DNA from: Nitrosopumilus sp.
GTDB lineage: Archaea; Thermoproteota; Nitrososphaeria; Nitrososphaerales; Nitrosopumilaceae
Reading direction: 5' to 3'
DNA length: 64,000 nucleotides
Assembly: GCA_965204345.1 (NCBI GenBank)
Contig: OZ241981.1
Coordinates: 896,001 to 960,000 of the forward strand
The notes below the pieces were generated by a model. The model saw only the letters and a program-made list of their open reading frames with translations, searched no databases and was not told the origin of the DNA. Positions within the stretch are counted from its first letter, which is position 1. Every line of letters starts with the position of its first letter. Below, in pieces: positions 10,086 to 20,149 of this stretch. The translations under genes were made by a program, and so were the position numbers.

Positions 10086-10754
10086 TCAATTTTTTTCCAT
10101 ATCATACGCATGTATCAAAGTGGCATCAAAGGTGACTAGTTTACAGTCTTTTGCATCTAATGCAATTTGAAGCAGTATGCAGTCTGTCTCAGATAATGGT
10201 ATTTTATCTGCGTTTTGATATTTTTTCGATTCATAAAGTTTTTTTGCTTGAATTATTTGCTTTGATGCATGATCTAACGTTATTCTGGTTACAGTTCCCA
10301 ATTTATTTAATTTGTTGATCACGTCATCCTCTATATCCAACACGCGATTATATTCATGGTATTCCATATTTTTTGTCTCAATTAGTATTCTATCCAATAG
10401 AATAAACTCTAAATTCTGAGTTTGAACATCATATCCAAGATCTTGCATTGTTGTGCCATTGATTAACTGGTGTATTATCATAGTATCAAGCAAAAGTTTT
10501 GTTGTTTTTACACTTGGATGTGTCTGAAATGTTTTAATGGTTTTCTCAGGTAACTTGTCTAATATTACGGGCAGTTTTCCAAAAAGTATGGCTTCACCAC
10601 CAGTAGGTTCTGCCAAAAGATTACCGCAGAATTTACAATTGATGATGCTTTTTGCCATAGTGAAAACAACAGTGGGAGAACCACATGACAGGCATTCTAT
10701 TTCTACAAATCTGCTTTTTGGCTCTGGTATGATATTATTATATGCACCCAACAT
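10086..10754 (-). CDS. S27e-like zinc ribbon fused to PIN ribonuclease domain
   Basis: IPEPKSRFVEIECLSCG...VVF...INCKFCGNLLAEPTGGEA; PIN motifs LLLDT, ETK, LSETD, LVTFD. Confidence 0.8.
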   Translation of the reverse strand: MLGAYNNIIPEPKSRFVEIECLSCGSPTVVFTMAKSIINCKFCGNLLAEPTGGEAILFGKLPVILDKLPEKTIKTFQTHPSVKTTKLLLDTMIIHQLINGTTMQDLGYDVQTQNLEFILLDRILIETKNMEYHEYNRVLDIEDDVINKLNKLGTVTRITLDHASKQIIQAKKLYESKKYQNADKIPLSETDCILLQIALDAKDCKLVTFDATLIHAYDMEKN

Positions 10755-11117
10755 ATTACAAGATACGCTTTGGCGTAAAAATGTTTATACATGTTAAAAT
10801 AGGCCTTGTGTAATTTTATTTTTTTAGCATGGGTAGAGAAGTAGTTTGGCATAAAATCAGCGAAAACATAATGGATGATAAAGATTAATTCAGTTTGCTG
10901 GTTTCCGTATGGAATTCTTTGAGAGGTTCAAACTTCCATAAATGAGATCGTATATAATATTGTAGAAAATTTCCACTAGCAAGAAAAATGCAATACTGCA
11001 TGTAAAATCAAATACAAAATTTTGCAAATTTCTGTGAAAAGGGCTTGTAAATCTGTGTAAATATTAGTCTCAAGTTAGTGCAAAACTATATAATCTAAAG
11101 CAGTATTATAATACTAG

Positions 11118-13244
11118 ATGGACATTACTTCAATAAAGTTACTAAAATCACTAGTTGATGGACAAAAAATAACAAGCGAGCTGCGTGATTTGTTAGGGAT
11201 AAAGAACAGGCGATTATCATACATAATAAAAAATCTCACAGAAGAGGATTACATAGGAAAAAAAGACACGATAATCAGATTAAAAGAGACGCCAAAGGCA
11301 ACGCTGTTCAGAGACATTGCACAGACTGTAGATGTTGAAAAATTACTTTGTGAATCTAATGAAATAATACTTGCCAACATGGATGAAAAAATTACAGTAG
11401 ATGAATTGATAAAAAAATCAGGATTGTCTAAAGCAACAACCTACAGGTCAATATCAGATTTACAGTCCATAGGAGCCATCATAAAAGAAGAAGAATCGAT
11501 AAAGATTGATGAATCAAAAGAACAGCTGGTTTTATTTGCAAAATTATTAAAGACTGAGAGAGAGCAAAAATATGAAGATGGGAATACTGAAGTAATTTAT
11601 AATAATAATTCAGTAATATTACGAAAAGCTCCAAATGGAAAAGTTACCAAAGGTGCAACAACAGGGTTTACATTATTTTCAGAACATGACATAGAATATC
11701 AAACTACACATGATTATTTTTGCGAGCAAAAAGAAGATTTGGAAATACAGGATGTATTGTTACATGCAGTTTTTGCTGCAAACTATTCAAAAAATAAAAT
11801 GGAATTATTGATAGCCATTATTTTTTATGTAAAACATAAAGAGATGATGGATATTCTTCAATTAAGAAAAAAGGCATCAGAGTTGGGAATATCTGAAATT
11901 TGGTTAGATATTGAAGCATACATCCGTAGAAAGCAGTTAAAAAATAAGGATCTGTTTTTACCATGGGATGAATTCCTATCTAAAGCAAAATTATATGACA
12001 TACCAATTGAAAAATACGCATTGACAAAACCTAGTAGTTTATTATTTCGAGAAATTAGTAATGAACTACAAGAACCAAAAACGATATACCTATTTGGTGG
12101 TGAAAATATGAGGATAAAATCATTAAAGGATAGTACAAAAGATTGTGACATAATAGTAGAAAATAAAAGTGATTTTGATAATTTGGCAGAAATTCTTACC
12201 AATATTGGATATCAAAGAAGACTCGAAACAAGTTATTCAGATGAGGATAAAAGAATAAAACCAGATGATATTTTTGAGCACGAACAGAAGAGCAGAATAG
12301 ACCTGTTCACATCTACAGTTATGGAAAATCTATCGCTATCCTCAACCATGAGAGAGAGGGCAGACATTAAAGACTATGGGCTATTAAAAATAGGATTGCT
12401 AAGAAACGAGGATGTATTTTTGTTAAAAGCAATGGCAAATAGAGAAGGAGACATACAAGATATGGCTGCACTAGTGACAGGTAGTCCCAATACACCTCAT
12501 GAATTACAACATGGATCTTTTGATTGGAACCTGGTATTTGAGGAAATACTAAGACAAGAACATGTCAATCAGACAAAGGATTTCACACCGATAATTTTTG
12601 ATCAAATATCATATCTTGCAGAACAAACAAGTATTGTAGCTCCATTTCTTGATAAGCTAAGAAGACATGTTGTAGACATTATGATCAAAAGAATATTACG
12701 TGGCGGCAGTATATCAATAAAAGAGATAGTAGAATTATTGAATGGTGGAGACATTACAGAATCAATGATTCGAAATAGAATCGACTCGTTAGAAAAATCT
12801 CAAACAATTAAAAAATATTCTGTTGGAAGAGCAACGTACACACAACTGATAAAAAACAATGAATATTCAAAAAAAGAATTAGAAATAACCACACACCGCT
12901 TTAAGACATATCTTGATTGGCGTTTCCATATAAGACAAAAACAATCATATCAAAACATCAAAGAACTAGTGCAAGAGATAAAAGAACTAGGTTTTCAAAG
13001 GATTGGAGAAATAGATGAGCTAGTCAGAAATTCTACTGAAATATTGAAACAATATGAGGATGAACAGTTCTCAAAGCGTCATTTTGATGAAGTTGATGCT
13101 GTAAGGATTTGCATTGGATTACATTATCCAGATCTTGGAGAAAAACGCTCATCAAAGTATTTCATAAATACATTTGATAAATATAATAACATGGCAAAAG
13201 ACGGGTTTATTCCCAAACATACAATTAAAATGGTGAGAAAATAA
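11118..13244 (+). CDS. multi-HTH / AbiE-like nucleotidyltransferase (DUF6036-like) fusion protein
   Basis: two N-terminal HTH regions; YLFGGENM...STKDCDIIV; LLKAMANREGDIQD; C-terminal wHTH. Confidence 0.75.
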   Translation: MDITSIKLLKSLVDGQKITSELRDLLGIKNRRLSYIIKNLTEEDYIGKKDTIIRLKETPKATLFRDIAQTVDVEKLLCESNEIILANMDEKITVDELIKKSGLSKATTYRSISDLQSIGAIIKEEESIKIDESKEQLVLFAKLLKTEREQKYEDGNTEVIYNNNSVILRKAPNGKVTKGATTGFTLFSEHDIEYQTTHDYFCEQKEDLEIQDVLLHAVFAANYSKNKMELLIAIIFYVKHKEMMDILQLRKKASELGISEIWLDIEAYIRRKQLKNKDLFLPWDEFLSKAKLYDIPIEKYALTKPSSLLFREISNELQEPKTIYLFGGENMRIKSLKDSTKDCDIIVENKSDFDNLAEILTNIGYQRRLETSYSDEDKRIKPDDIFEHEQKSRIDLFTSTVMENLSLSSTMRERADIKDYGLLKIGLLRNEDVFLLKAMANREGDIQDMAALVTGSPNTPHELQHGSFDWNLVFEEILRQEHVNQTKDFTPIIFDQISYLAEQTSIVAPFLDKLRRHVVDIMIKRILRGGSISIKEIVELLNGGDITESMIRNRIDSLEKSQTIKKYSVGRATYTQLIKNNEYSKKELEITTHRFKTYLDWRFHIRQKQSYQNIKELVQEIKELGFQRIGEIDELVRNSTEILKQYEDEQFSKRHFDEVDAVRICIGLHYPDLGEKRSSKYFINTFDKYNNMAKDGFIPKHTIKMVRK

Positions 13245-13743
13245 GTTAAGAAGAAAGATGTAGAAGATCAGATTCTCTACCTACAAGAGTAAAAGAAGAT
13301 TTGTATGATGAAAATATTGTTGTGTTCTTAGGCTGATGAAATTTATAAAAAAAGGATTGATTACTGATGAAATTTTGGTAAAATACAAGTTAAGTCCTAG
13401 TTTAAAAAAACTCAAATTTGAAGAAACTAGAAGGTATTTTGGGAATATCTTGTTGATTATAGTTCTACAATATTACTCAAAATTGCATTTTGGGATTTTT
13501 GATTATTAGAATTGTATTTAAGAAGATCATCTCTTGTAACTTGCCGTTAAATTCCAAGTTCAGTAGGGAAAGTTTTAGATGAAGAAGGAAAGAGCATAGG
13601 CAAATCAATTCCAGGTCCTAATGACCTTGGACTTTGGATGATGTTGATGTGACATCAACCGGAATTTACAAGAACCAATCATACTTCTTTGAAAAAACTG
13701 ATTTTGTCAACATCTTTTATGCCATTATTAGCTTGGACTAATA

Positions 13744-14103
13744 ATGCTTCTAATACCTTTGTTTGTTATTGTTTTACTTGCTCCCGGAGTTGTCTTTACA
13801 GATAATTTGGGTGAAGAGGTAAAATATGACAAATTGACTAGAGATGAAAAAATTGATTTGAACGGTAAACGAGCAAAAGAAATACTTGAATCTTTAGGAG
13901 GATATGATGAGTATAAAGAGTTCATGAAATCTGATGAAGATTCAAAACTCAAAGATGAAATAAAAGAGCTCAATCAAAAAATGTCTGAGCTTGGAATAAT
14001 GACTCTTGAGGAATTTAACGATCCAGTAAAACGATTAGAGTTTTATCTTGATCATCCTGAGATCATAGAAGAAGAACACGATAATGTAGAACATGGTCAA
14101 TGA
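13744..14103 (+). CDS. hypothetical secreted protein, possibly truncated
   Basis: signal-like N-terminus; coding-like sequence continues past the stop. Confidence 0.5.
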   Translation: MLLIPLFVIVLLAPGVVFTDNLGEEVKYDKLTRDEKIDLNGKRAKEILESLGGYDEYKEFMKSDEDSKLKDEIKELNQKMSELGIMTLEEFNDPVKRLEFYLDHPEIIEEEHDNVEHGQ

Positions 14104-14348
14104 TGCATATTTACAACCTACATAATGACAAGTACTTTATCCAAATGCAGCATATCCTTATGAAAATGATAACATCTCTCATAAACACGATTCAATAACA
14201 CCATTCATCAAAGCAGATACAACACAAAGTGGAATTCAACAAATTGATGGTTTAGCTAGTGTAGATGCTTTACTACACTATGATGAACAAATAAGCAACT
14301 AGTAGAGATATTGAAGAATTTAAAAAAATAGATACTGAATTCGAATGC

Positions 14349-15104
14349 CTATATTCCAAGAAAGGAGTGAGAATTCCTCTCCAACATTGATGCTGTCTCA
14401 TCAAAGGATTTGCCTAAAACTTTTGAGGCACTAAAAATTACGCTGGGAATAAAGGTGATTTGAGCGGCCTTCATTTCAAAACACCGAGAAAACCTTACAG
14501 GACCATCAGTCTCAACAAGTATCTTGGATTCGTCGGTTTTTGATAGCAGGGTCTGCTTGTCATTTGCATATATCATGACAGGCCCATAGGATACAAAAAA
14601 TCCCATATCCATGGCTCTGGCTAGCTGCTTTTTGCTTCCATCAAACCAATGCAACAAGGCATGCTTTGTATCATATGAGGTCATAATCTGAAAAACATCA
14701 TCCAGACTTTTTCTGGAATGAATTGAGATTGGCTTGCTAAATTTTTCTGCATAGGACAGCAATGTTTCAAATACCTGATTCTGTTTTTTGGCATCATCGT
14801 CTCCATGCACATAGGTTGGGTCTAGACCGATTTCGCCTATGCCAGAAAGCACTAAATGATTATCTTCAATTAGCCTAGATATTTTTTCAATTTCTTCATT
14901 GGCACATTCAGGATGAATTCCAATAAAGGGCAGAACATGATCACTTTTTTTTGCAAGTTCTAATGTTTGTAGTGAATTATCATAATCCATTGAGACACAA
15001 CAGGCCTTAATTTTTAGAAATTCCATTTGTTTTAGGATAAATTCCATATCTTGTGCATATGCAGGATCTGAGAGATGTATATGCGAATCAACATACCAAG
15101 ACAT
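14349..15104 (-). CDS. tatD: TatD family hydrolase
   Basis: DSHIHL, GIHP, IGEIGLD, IHSR, HWF, ETDGP. Confidence 0.95.
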   Translation of the reverse strand: MSWYVDSHIHLSDPAYAQDMEFILKQMEFLKIKACCVSMDYDNSLQTLELAKKSDHVLPFIGIHPECANEEIEKISRLIEDNHLVLSGIGEIGLDPTYVHGDDDAKKQNQVFETLLSYAEKFSKPISIHSRKSLDDVFQIMTSYDTKHALLHWFDGSKKQLARAMDMGFFVSYGPVMIYANDKQTLLSKTDESKILVETDGPVRFSRCFEMKAAQITFIPSVIFSASKVLGKSFDETASMLERNSHSFLGI

Positions 15105-15201
15105 TTCTTTATCAATTCTTAAAAATAGTCTGTATAAATCGATTCCTTAGTGATATTTTTTCACTCGTTATCTTTTTTCGGAAAAAACCAAGTCATAATT
15201 T

Positions 15202-15423
15202 ATGAAGTCATCTGAATTGGGACTATCTGCAATGTGTAGAATTCTAAAGAAGGCAGGGGCAGAAAGAGTCAGTGATGAATCAGCAGAGGAATTAAGACGA
15301 GTAATAGAGGAGATTGCAGACGGTATTGCCAAAAGTGCAGTTGATATGGCATCTCACGCCAGTAGAAAAACCGTAAAAGGGGAAGATGTCAAGTTGGCCT
15401 CAAAGCCATTTAACAAATTCTAA
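15202..15423 (+). CDS. archaeal histone (HMf-like)
   Basis: [12 protein letters not shown]...[15 protein letters not shown]. Confidence 0.93.
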   Translation: MKSSELGLSAMCRILKKAGAERVSDESAEELRRVIEEIADGIAKSAVDMASHASRKTVKGEDVKLASKPFNKF

Positions 15424-15462
15424 TCTAAAGAGTTTAATTATTCATTTTGTGTTTTTTAAGAC

Positions 15463-15534
15463 GGTACTCTGGCAGAACGGTTATGCGTGAGCCTGCAAAG
15501 CTTATACAAGGGGGTTCGACTCCCTCGGGTACCT
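15463..15534 (+). tRNA. tRNA-Cys(GCA)
   Basis: acceptor GGTACTC/GGGTACC, anticodon arm TGAGC-CTGCAAA-GCTTA, GTTCGA T-loop. Confidence 0.92.
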
Positions 15535-15947
15535 TACCCTACTACAACTTGGCCTTTCATCCACGGATGAAGAGTACAAAAGTAATCAAAAGTTCCAGAT
15601 TCATCAAAATCAAGTGTGTATGATTCAGACGGATCTAGATACCCACTATCAAATAATTCAGTTGGGGATTCATAGGAACCAGAGGTAACACTGTGAAATG
15701 CAGAGTCCTCATTGAGCCATGTAACCTGTTCTCCGGGTGCAATTGTAATTACAGAGGGAATGTAGCATTTATCAGTCTTCTCGCATCCAGGGCGTGAAAC
15801 CTTTGTAGGCATAATTACATCGGCTTTTATAGCTGGTTTAGAATCTTCAGGGACCTCATCCATTGGAGAACTTGAAAGTACAATACCAATTATTACAAAA
15901 AGAAGTGCCAGTAAGGCTGCTGCAATAATGGCTATTTTTTTTATCAA
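15534..15947 (-). CDS. membrane-anchored plastocyanin-like blue copper protein
   Basis: N.DSAFHSVTSG and YFCTLHPWMKG type-1 Cu ligands; N-terminal anchor. Confidence 0.92.
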   Translation of the reverse strand: MIKKIAIIAAALLALLFVIIGIVLSSSPMDEVPEDSKPAIKADVIMPTKVSRPGCEKTDKCYIPSVITIAPGEQVTWLNEDSAFHSVTSGSYESPTELFDSGYLDPSESYTLDFDESGTFDYFCTLHPWMKGQVVVG

Positions 15948-16021
15948 ATCATATCATTCCTTTACAGAGTTATTACATAATTACCAAATTCTCTAAATAT
16001 ATAACATATTAGAAGACACAA

Positions 16022-17773
16022 TTGTCTCAAAATAAAAATGGACTGTTAGAATACATACCAGGCTCACATACGTTACTAGTTCAAAAAAATTCCAGTCCGC
16101 CACTAGAGGGTTTTGCAGAAAATATCCAAAAAAGCATTCACGAGTATGCAGAAAACTCAAAGAGTGAAGTCGAGAAAGGAAATAACTTTCTTCAGTGGAT
16201 TTTAACAAGGGTTTTTGAGGCCACAGAAGATGATGCAGCAGATGCAATTATTGATGGAGCAAATGACCTGGGGATTGACGCTTATCTTCCGGTAGATTTC
16301 TCAGACAATACGATCAGACTATTCCAATCAAAATACGGAACATCACACTCCCTAGAGGCAATTGCAAAATTCAAGGAAGATGCCAAGAGACTATTAACAA
16401 AGGATGTGGTAAAAATGAGGCCAGACCTAGCACAGCTTGTTACAAAGATTAAGGAAAAAAACCTAAAGATAAAATGCTGCTATGTCACAGATCAGCAGGT
16501 AGACTATCATGATGACATAGTAGAGATAATTGATCAAAAGGCGATAATTCAGAAATTATGGGATAGAATAAAAAAACCTGCGGCAGGAAAAAAATCAACC
16601 ATCAAACTAGAGCGGATGCTAAGACACGAAAACACGATTTTGGGCATCCTAAAACTCCGTGAGCTCACAGAATTTGTAAGCAAGAACAGAGACTATGTCT
16701 TTGAATCAAACATTAGGCAGTGGATGCAGTTTAAAACCACAGTCAACAAGGGATTAAGGGAAACATTACAGAGCAATCCGGGAAAATTCTTCTTTTACAA
16801 CAACGGGATAACAATTGTAGTTAATGATTTTTCAGAACTCGGTGAAAACATGATTGAGCTTCATGCCCCACAAATTGTAAATGGCGCACAAACATCAAAC
16901 TCTATTCTTGATCACTCAAAAAGAACAAAAAATATGGATGGCTCCATGACAGTTACAATCATCAAGGCAGATGATGAGCAAGAGCAAAACAACATTACAA
17001 AATACAGAAATTCCCAGAACTCAGTAAGAGGCAAGGATCTTGTTTCATTGATGGACTTTCACAAGTCTGTAAAGTCACAACTAAAAAACTGTGGCTATTT
17101 TTATGAGATACAGGCAGGCTCTTTTGATACAAAAACTAAATCACAGCAATGCGAGTACGATGGTGATACAACATACAACAGTTATCTTCCAGACAACCAC
17201 AAAAAGGTCATCGTTGCCAAGGATGCAATTCAGTCATTGGTGGCAGGAATTGAACAAAGGCCAACAGAAGCCTACAGTTCTCCAGCCCAATTTCTGCCAA
17301 GAGGAAGCAAGTATGATGATGTATTTAATGACAATCTAAAAGACGACTATAGGATTTTGCTATACCCGTATCTTGTTAAGGAATATGCTAAAAAGTCACT
17401 AAAATTTGGAAAGCAGGGAGGCCACAAAACGAAAAGATATGCAACATTATTTTTTGTTGCAGTATACTTTAGAATACTGCATAAAAAAATTATTGACTCA
17501 AAGGGGGATTTTAAAGGGGATGTAAGGAAGCTTGAACCCATTTTTCGCAGCTTCAAACTAAATTCTAGAATCTTAAAGATTACAGACGTGGTTGTTACTA
17601 AATTCCTAGAAGATACCGTAGTGGATGACGAGATTGAATTGGCAAATACCAAGCACAATTTCTTTTCACAGCATGTCTGGAACGACTCGATGCTCAGGGT
17701 GGTTGATAAAAAAATCAGGCAGGAGGAAGAGGAGATTCTGGCACTAAAAAAGCTAGCAGCCAGCTTATTCTAG
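16022..17773 (+). CDS. AIPR family protein
   Basis: DGANDLGIDA..QSKY nuclease-like N-terminus; FESNIR, FFFYNNGITIV, QIVNGAQT, NSQN. Confidence 0.88.
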   Translation: MSQNKNGLLEYIPGSHTLLVQKNSSPPLEGFAENIQKSIHEYAENSKSEVEKGNNFLQWILTRVFEATEDDAADAIIDGANDLGIDAYLPVDFSDNTIRLFQSKYGTSHSLEAIAKFKEDAKRLLTKDVVKMRPDLAQLVTKIKEKNLKIKCCYVTDQQVDYHDDIVEIIDQKAIIQKLWDRIKKPAAGKKSTIKLERMLRHENTILGILKLRELTEFVSKNRDYVFESNIRQWMQFKTTVNKGLRETLQSNPGKFFFYNNGITIVVNDFSELGENMIELHAPQIVNGAQTSNSILDHSKRTKNMDGSMTVTIIKADDEQEQNNITKYRNSQNSVRGKDLVSLMDFHKSVKSQLKNCGYFYEIQAGSFDTKTKSQQCEYDGDTTYNSYLPDNHKKVIVAKDAIQSLVAGIEQRPTEAYSSPAQFLPRGSKYDDVFNDNLKDDYRILLYPYLVKEYAKKSLKFGKQGGHKTKRYATLFFVAVYFRILHKKIIDSKGDFKGDVRKLEPIFRSFKLNSRILKITDVVVTKFLEDTVVDDEIELANTKHNFFSQHVWNDSMLRVVDKKIRQEEEEILALKKLAASLF

Positions 17774-17780
17774 TTTCAAA

Positions 17781-17840
17781 GGCAGTAGTCCGACCAAGTA
17801 AAAATCTTGCAGGAGGTTTACATTGGTCAGACTTTCTACC
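17781..17840 (-). other. long intergenic hairpin
   Basis: minus strand ggtag..agtctgaccaa.gtaaa pairs with tttac.ttggtcggact.ctgcc. Confidence 0.5.
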
Positions 17841-17899
17841 CAAATTCAGTAATAAACTAGTAATATTTAACATAATTTTTCTGAGCATAGTATTCCAGT

Positions 17900-18103
17900 A
17901 TGTTTTTTATATCGATTAAGAAGAGCAAGAGCACTTTGGCTAAAAAAGAAAAATGTGTCATCTGCAATGAGGAAGTGGAATTCCGTTTTAAGGCAATGGA
18001 GGAATGGAATATGGAAGGCACGCTATGTGGCAAGTGTTATTCAAAAAAAGTTGATGAGCATTATCCAGGTGATCACATCAGAGTGAACAAACATTTGGAT
18101 TGA
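17900..18103 (+). CDS. small zinc-finger protein (start probably TTG near 17936)
   Basis: CVIC...LCGKCY. Confidence 0.75.
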   Translation: MFFISIKKSKSTLAKKEKCVICNEEVEFRFKAMEEWNMEGTLCGKCYSKKVDEHYPGDHIRVNKHLD

Positions 18104-18105
18104 CT

Positions 18106-18696
18106 TTATTCTGTTTTAGATAATTTGTTCGTATTAATGCAGTTCCAAACAAGTGAGTCATTTTTTATGTCTTTTTCTTCTAGGAACTTAATGTCAGTAA
18201 GGATTTTTTTCCTTTTGAGTAGGTTGACTTGAAAGCTTGAGAATTTTTTGCAGCTGCACGTGTTAAACAGGCAAACATCCCCATCACCCTCATCATGATC
18301 TTGCGCTTCATGTGTGCAATTGCATACTGCATCCTTCTTTGCATCATCAAGGGATTCTTTTGCATATGTGCCAAATCTCAGATATGCCTCTCCATCATGG
18401 CCCTGCTTGAATCGCTGATAATTTTCAGATTTTGGCAGTTCTTTGAAGAAGGACAGATTTGTATCAGGTTTCTGAGTATCAGAACCCATGATGAACCAAT
18501 ACTTGTCACCAAGCTCTAAAAATCGGGTTTTGATGGATGGATCCACCCAGGGGTAAATTGTATCATGCCAAAGTGATACAGCTTCCTTTCTGTCAGTAAA
18601 TAACGGGACAACATTCATTCTAAGATCATAGTATCTGTACGCAATGCCTACAAAGTCATCATACCATGGAACAGGCGTTTGTGAAGACATTGACAA
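18106..18696 (-). CDS. hypothetical protein with Cys/His cluster
   Basis: CNCTH...H...C....CSC..F in 196-aa ORF. Confidence 0.75.
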   Translation of the reverse strand: MSMSSQTPVPWYDDFVGIAYRYYDLRMNVVPLFTDRKEAVSLWHDTIYPWVDPSIKTRFLELGDKYWFIMGSDTQKPDTNLSFFKELPKSENYQRFKQGHDGEAYLRFGTYAKESLDDAKKDAVCNCTHEAQDHDEGDGDVCLFNTCSCKKFSSFQVNLLKRKKILTDIKFLEEKDIKNDSLVWNCINTNKLSKTE

Positions 18697-18772
18697 AAAT
18701 CAGCCCAGTGCTTATTTATCTGATCTGAATAGTAGTAATACGCTTATATCATAGTTTTAGACTAAGTTACGT

Positions 18773-19054
18773 ATGGCCTCCTATAGAACCAGCATGCAGA
18801 TCGTTGCAGACTTGCTAGTTGCCACTCAACAATCCGGTCAGGAGGGAATCAAGACAACGTCGCTTCTTACAAAGGCAAACCTGTCACATTCAAGATTATC
18901 AAAGTTCTTGGAAAATTTGACAGGTGCGGGGCTTATCAACAAGATAGAATTTGATGGAAGGAACACCTTTGTAATTACTTCAAAGGGCAGACAGTATTTG
19001 GATTCTTATGTAAACTTTTCAAACATTGCAGAATCGTTTGGGTTGGAGCTTTAG
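18773..19054 (+). CDS. winged-HTH transcriptional regulator
   Basis: YRTSMQIVADLL...KANLSHSRLSKFL..L...GLI...ITSKGRQYL. Confidence 0.88.
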   Translation: MASYRTSMQIVADLLVATQQSGQEGIKTTSLLTKANLSHSRLSKFLENLTGAGLINKIEFDGRNTFVITSKGRQYLDSYVNFSNIAESFGLEL

Positions 19055-19056
19055 GT

Positions 19057-19275
19057 TTATTTTCTAGATCTCTTTCTTCTTTTTGCGTTAGCTTCTCTTC
19101 GCTTCTTTCTTTCTTTGAGTGAGCTATAAAGGATAATTATAATTATTCCGGCTATTGCAGCCCACATCAATGTGAAAAAAGGAGGATCCCGAAGATCACC
19201 AGTAGAAGGCTCAAAAAAAGCAATTGGAATAGTCACAACCATAAAAATCATAATTACGAGTAGGTATTTGTCCAC
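19057..19275 (-). CDS. small two-TM membrane protein
   Basis: two hydrophobic helices, basic tail. Confidence 0.7.
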   Translation of the reverse strand: MDKYLLVIMIFMVVTIPIAFFEPSTGDLRDPPFFTLMWAAIAGIIIIILYSSLKERKKRREANAKRRKRSRK

Positions 19276-19330
19276 AAAGGGATTGTTTTACAAAACCATA
19301 TATCTTTTTGATTTGAGAACATCATCATAG

Positions 19331-19522
19331 ATGACCAAAATACTTGAAATGATTGGATTGGCACTTGTTGCAATCATGACATTAGGGTTTGTAGGAGTAT
19401 TACAGCCATACGGAATAAAAAATGGAACATCAGAACTGTTTTGGGGTTGTGCAGGTGCAACACTGATGATAATCATTTATAGAAAAATGAAAAGAAAACA
19501 AGAGGAAGAAAAGGAAGGTTAG
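19331..19522 (+). CDS. small two-TM membrane protein
   Basis: two hydrophobic helices, charged tail. Confidence 0.6.
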   Translation: MTKILEMIGLALVAIMTLGFVGVLQPYGIKNGTSELFWGCAGATLMIIIYRKMKRKQEEEKEG

Positions 19523-19725
19523 AATATTTTAGGAATTTGTTAGTAATTGATCAGCTGCTAATCAACCGACAGATCTATAAAGGACAATTCCAAGTAACTG
19601 TGAGGGGAGTATTTGACAGAACAAACAAAACAATGGTGGAAAGGTTTAGGGAAAGAACTAGAGACAGATATTGAAACCTTCGATGAAGCAAACTGACAGT
19701 TATTTAGAAAATTTTAAGGATTAAT

Positions 19726-19769
19726 CAAAGCCTCGTACGGGATACGAACCCGGATCTAATGCCTACGAG
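19726..19769 (-). repeat. degenerate copy of tRNA-Thr(CGT) 3' half (att-like site)
   Basis: caaagcctcgtacgggatacgaacccg-gatctaatgcctacgag vs 25614..25658; 37/45 by manual alignment. Confidence 0.85.
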
Positions 19770-20149
19770 TATTGGTTACTTTGCTCCAGCTTCCACTGAA
19801 TATTGGGCATCGCTCTGTAGCTCTGCTATCAAGATATTGGATTGGAAAGACTATTGAAAATGATTATTTAACAGCAAAAGTGATGGAATTCATCCAAAGA
19901 TAAGATTCGTAATCTACATTGACATAATTGCACCTTGCTTCAGGTTCAATCGTTTTCTTTTTTGATTTCATCACTATGGTGTAAGAAGATTTCTAAATTA
20001 AGAGAGGATTATAGTAATAAGTTCAATTCTAAAAATAAATTTCTTAAGATAAGAGGATCCTTTGAAGTAGATCTAAAATTAGAATCCAAATATAAGTTCA
20101 AAATCAGATCTTGAGAAAATTGAGATTTCAAGAATAGAATTAGAACATA

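Noticed and set aside
10086-10754. Canonical rps27e or Nob1
   Set aside because: Too long for S27e and not in an r-protein L44e context; domain order is the reverse of Nob1.
13303-13370. Box C/D-like motifs (ATGATGA...CTGA...CTGA)
   Set aside because: Guide regions are long and AT-rich, and the stretch reads as a decayed coding fragment.
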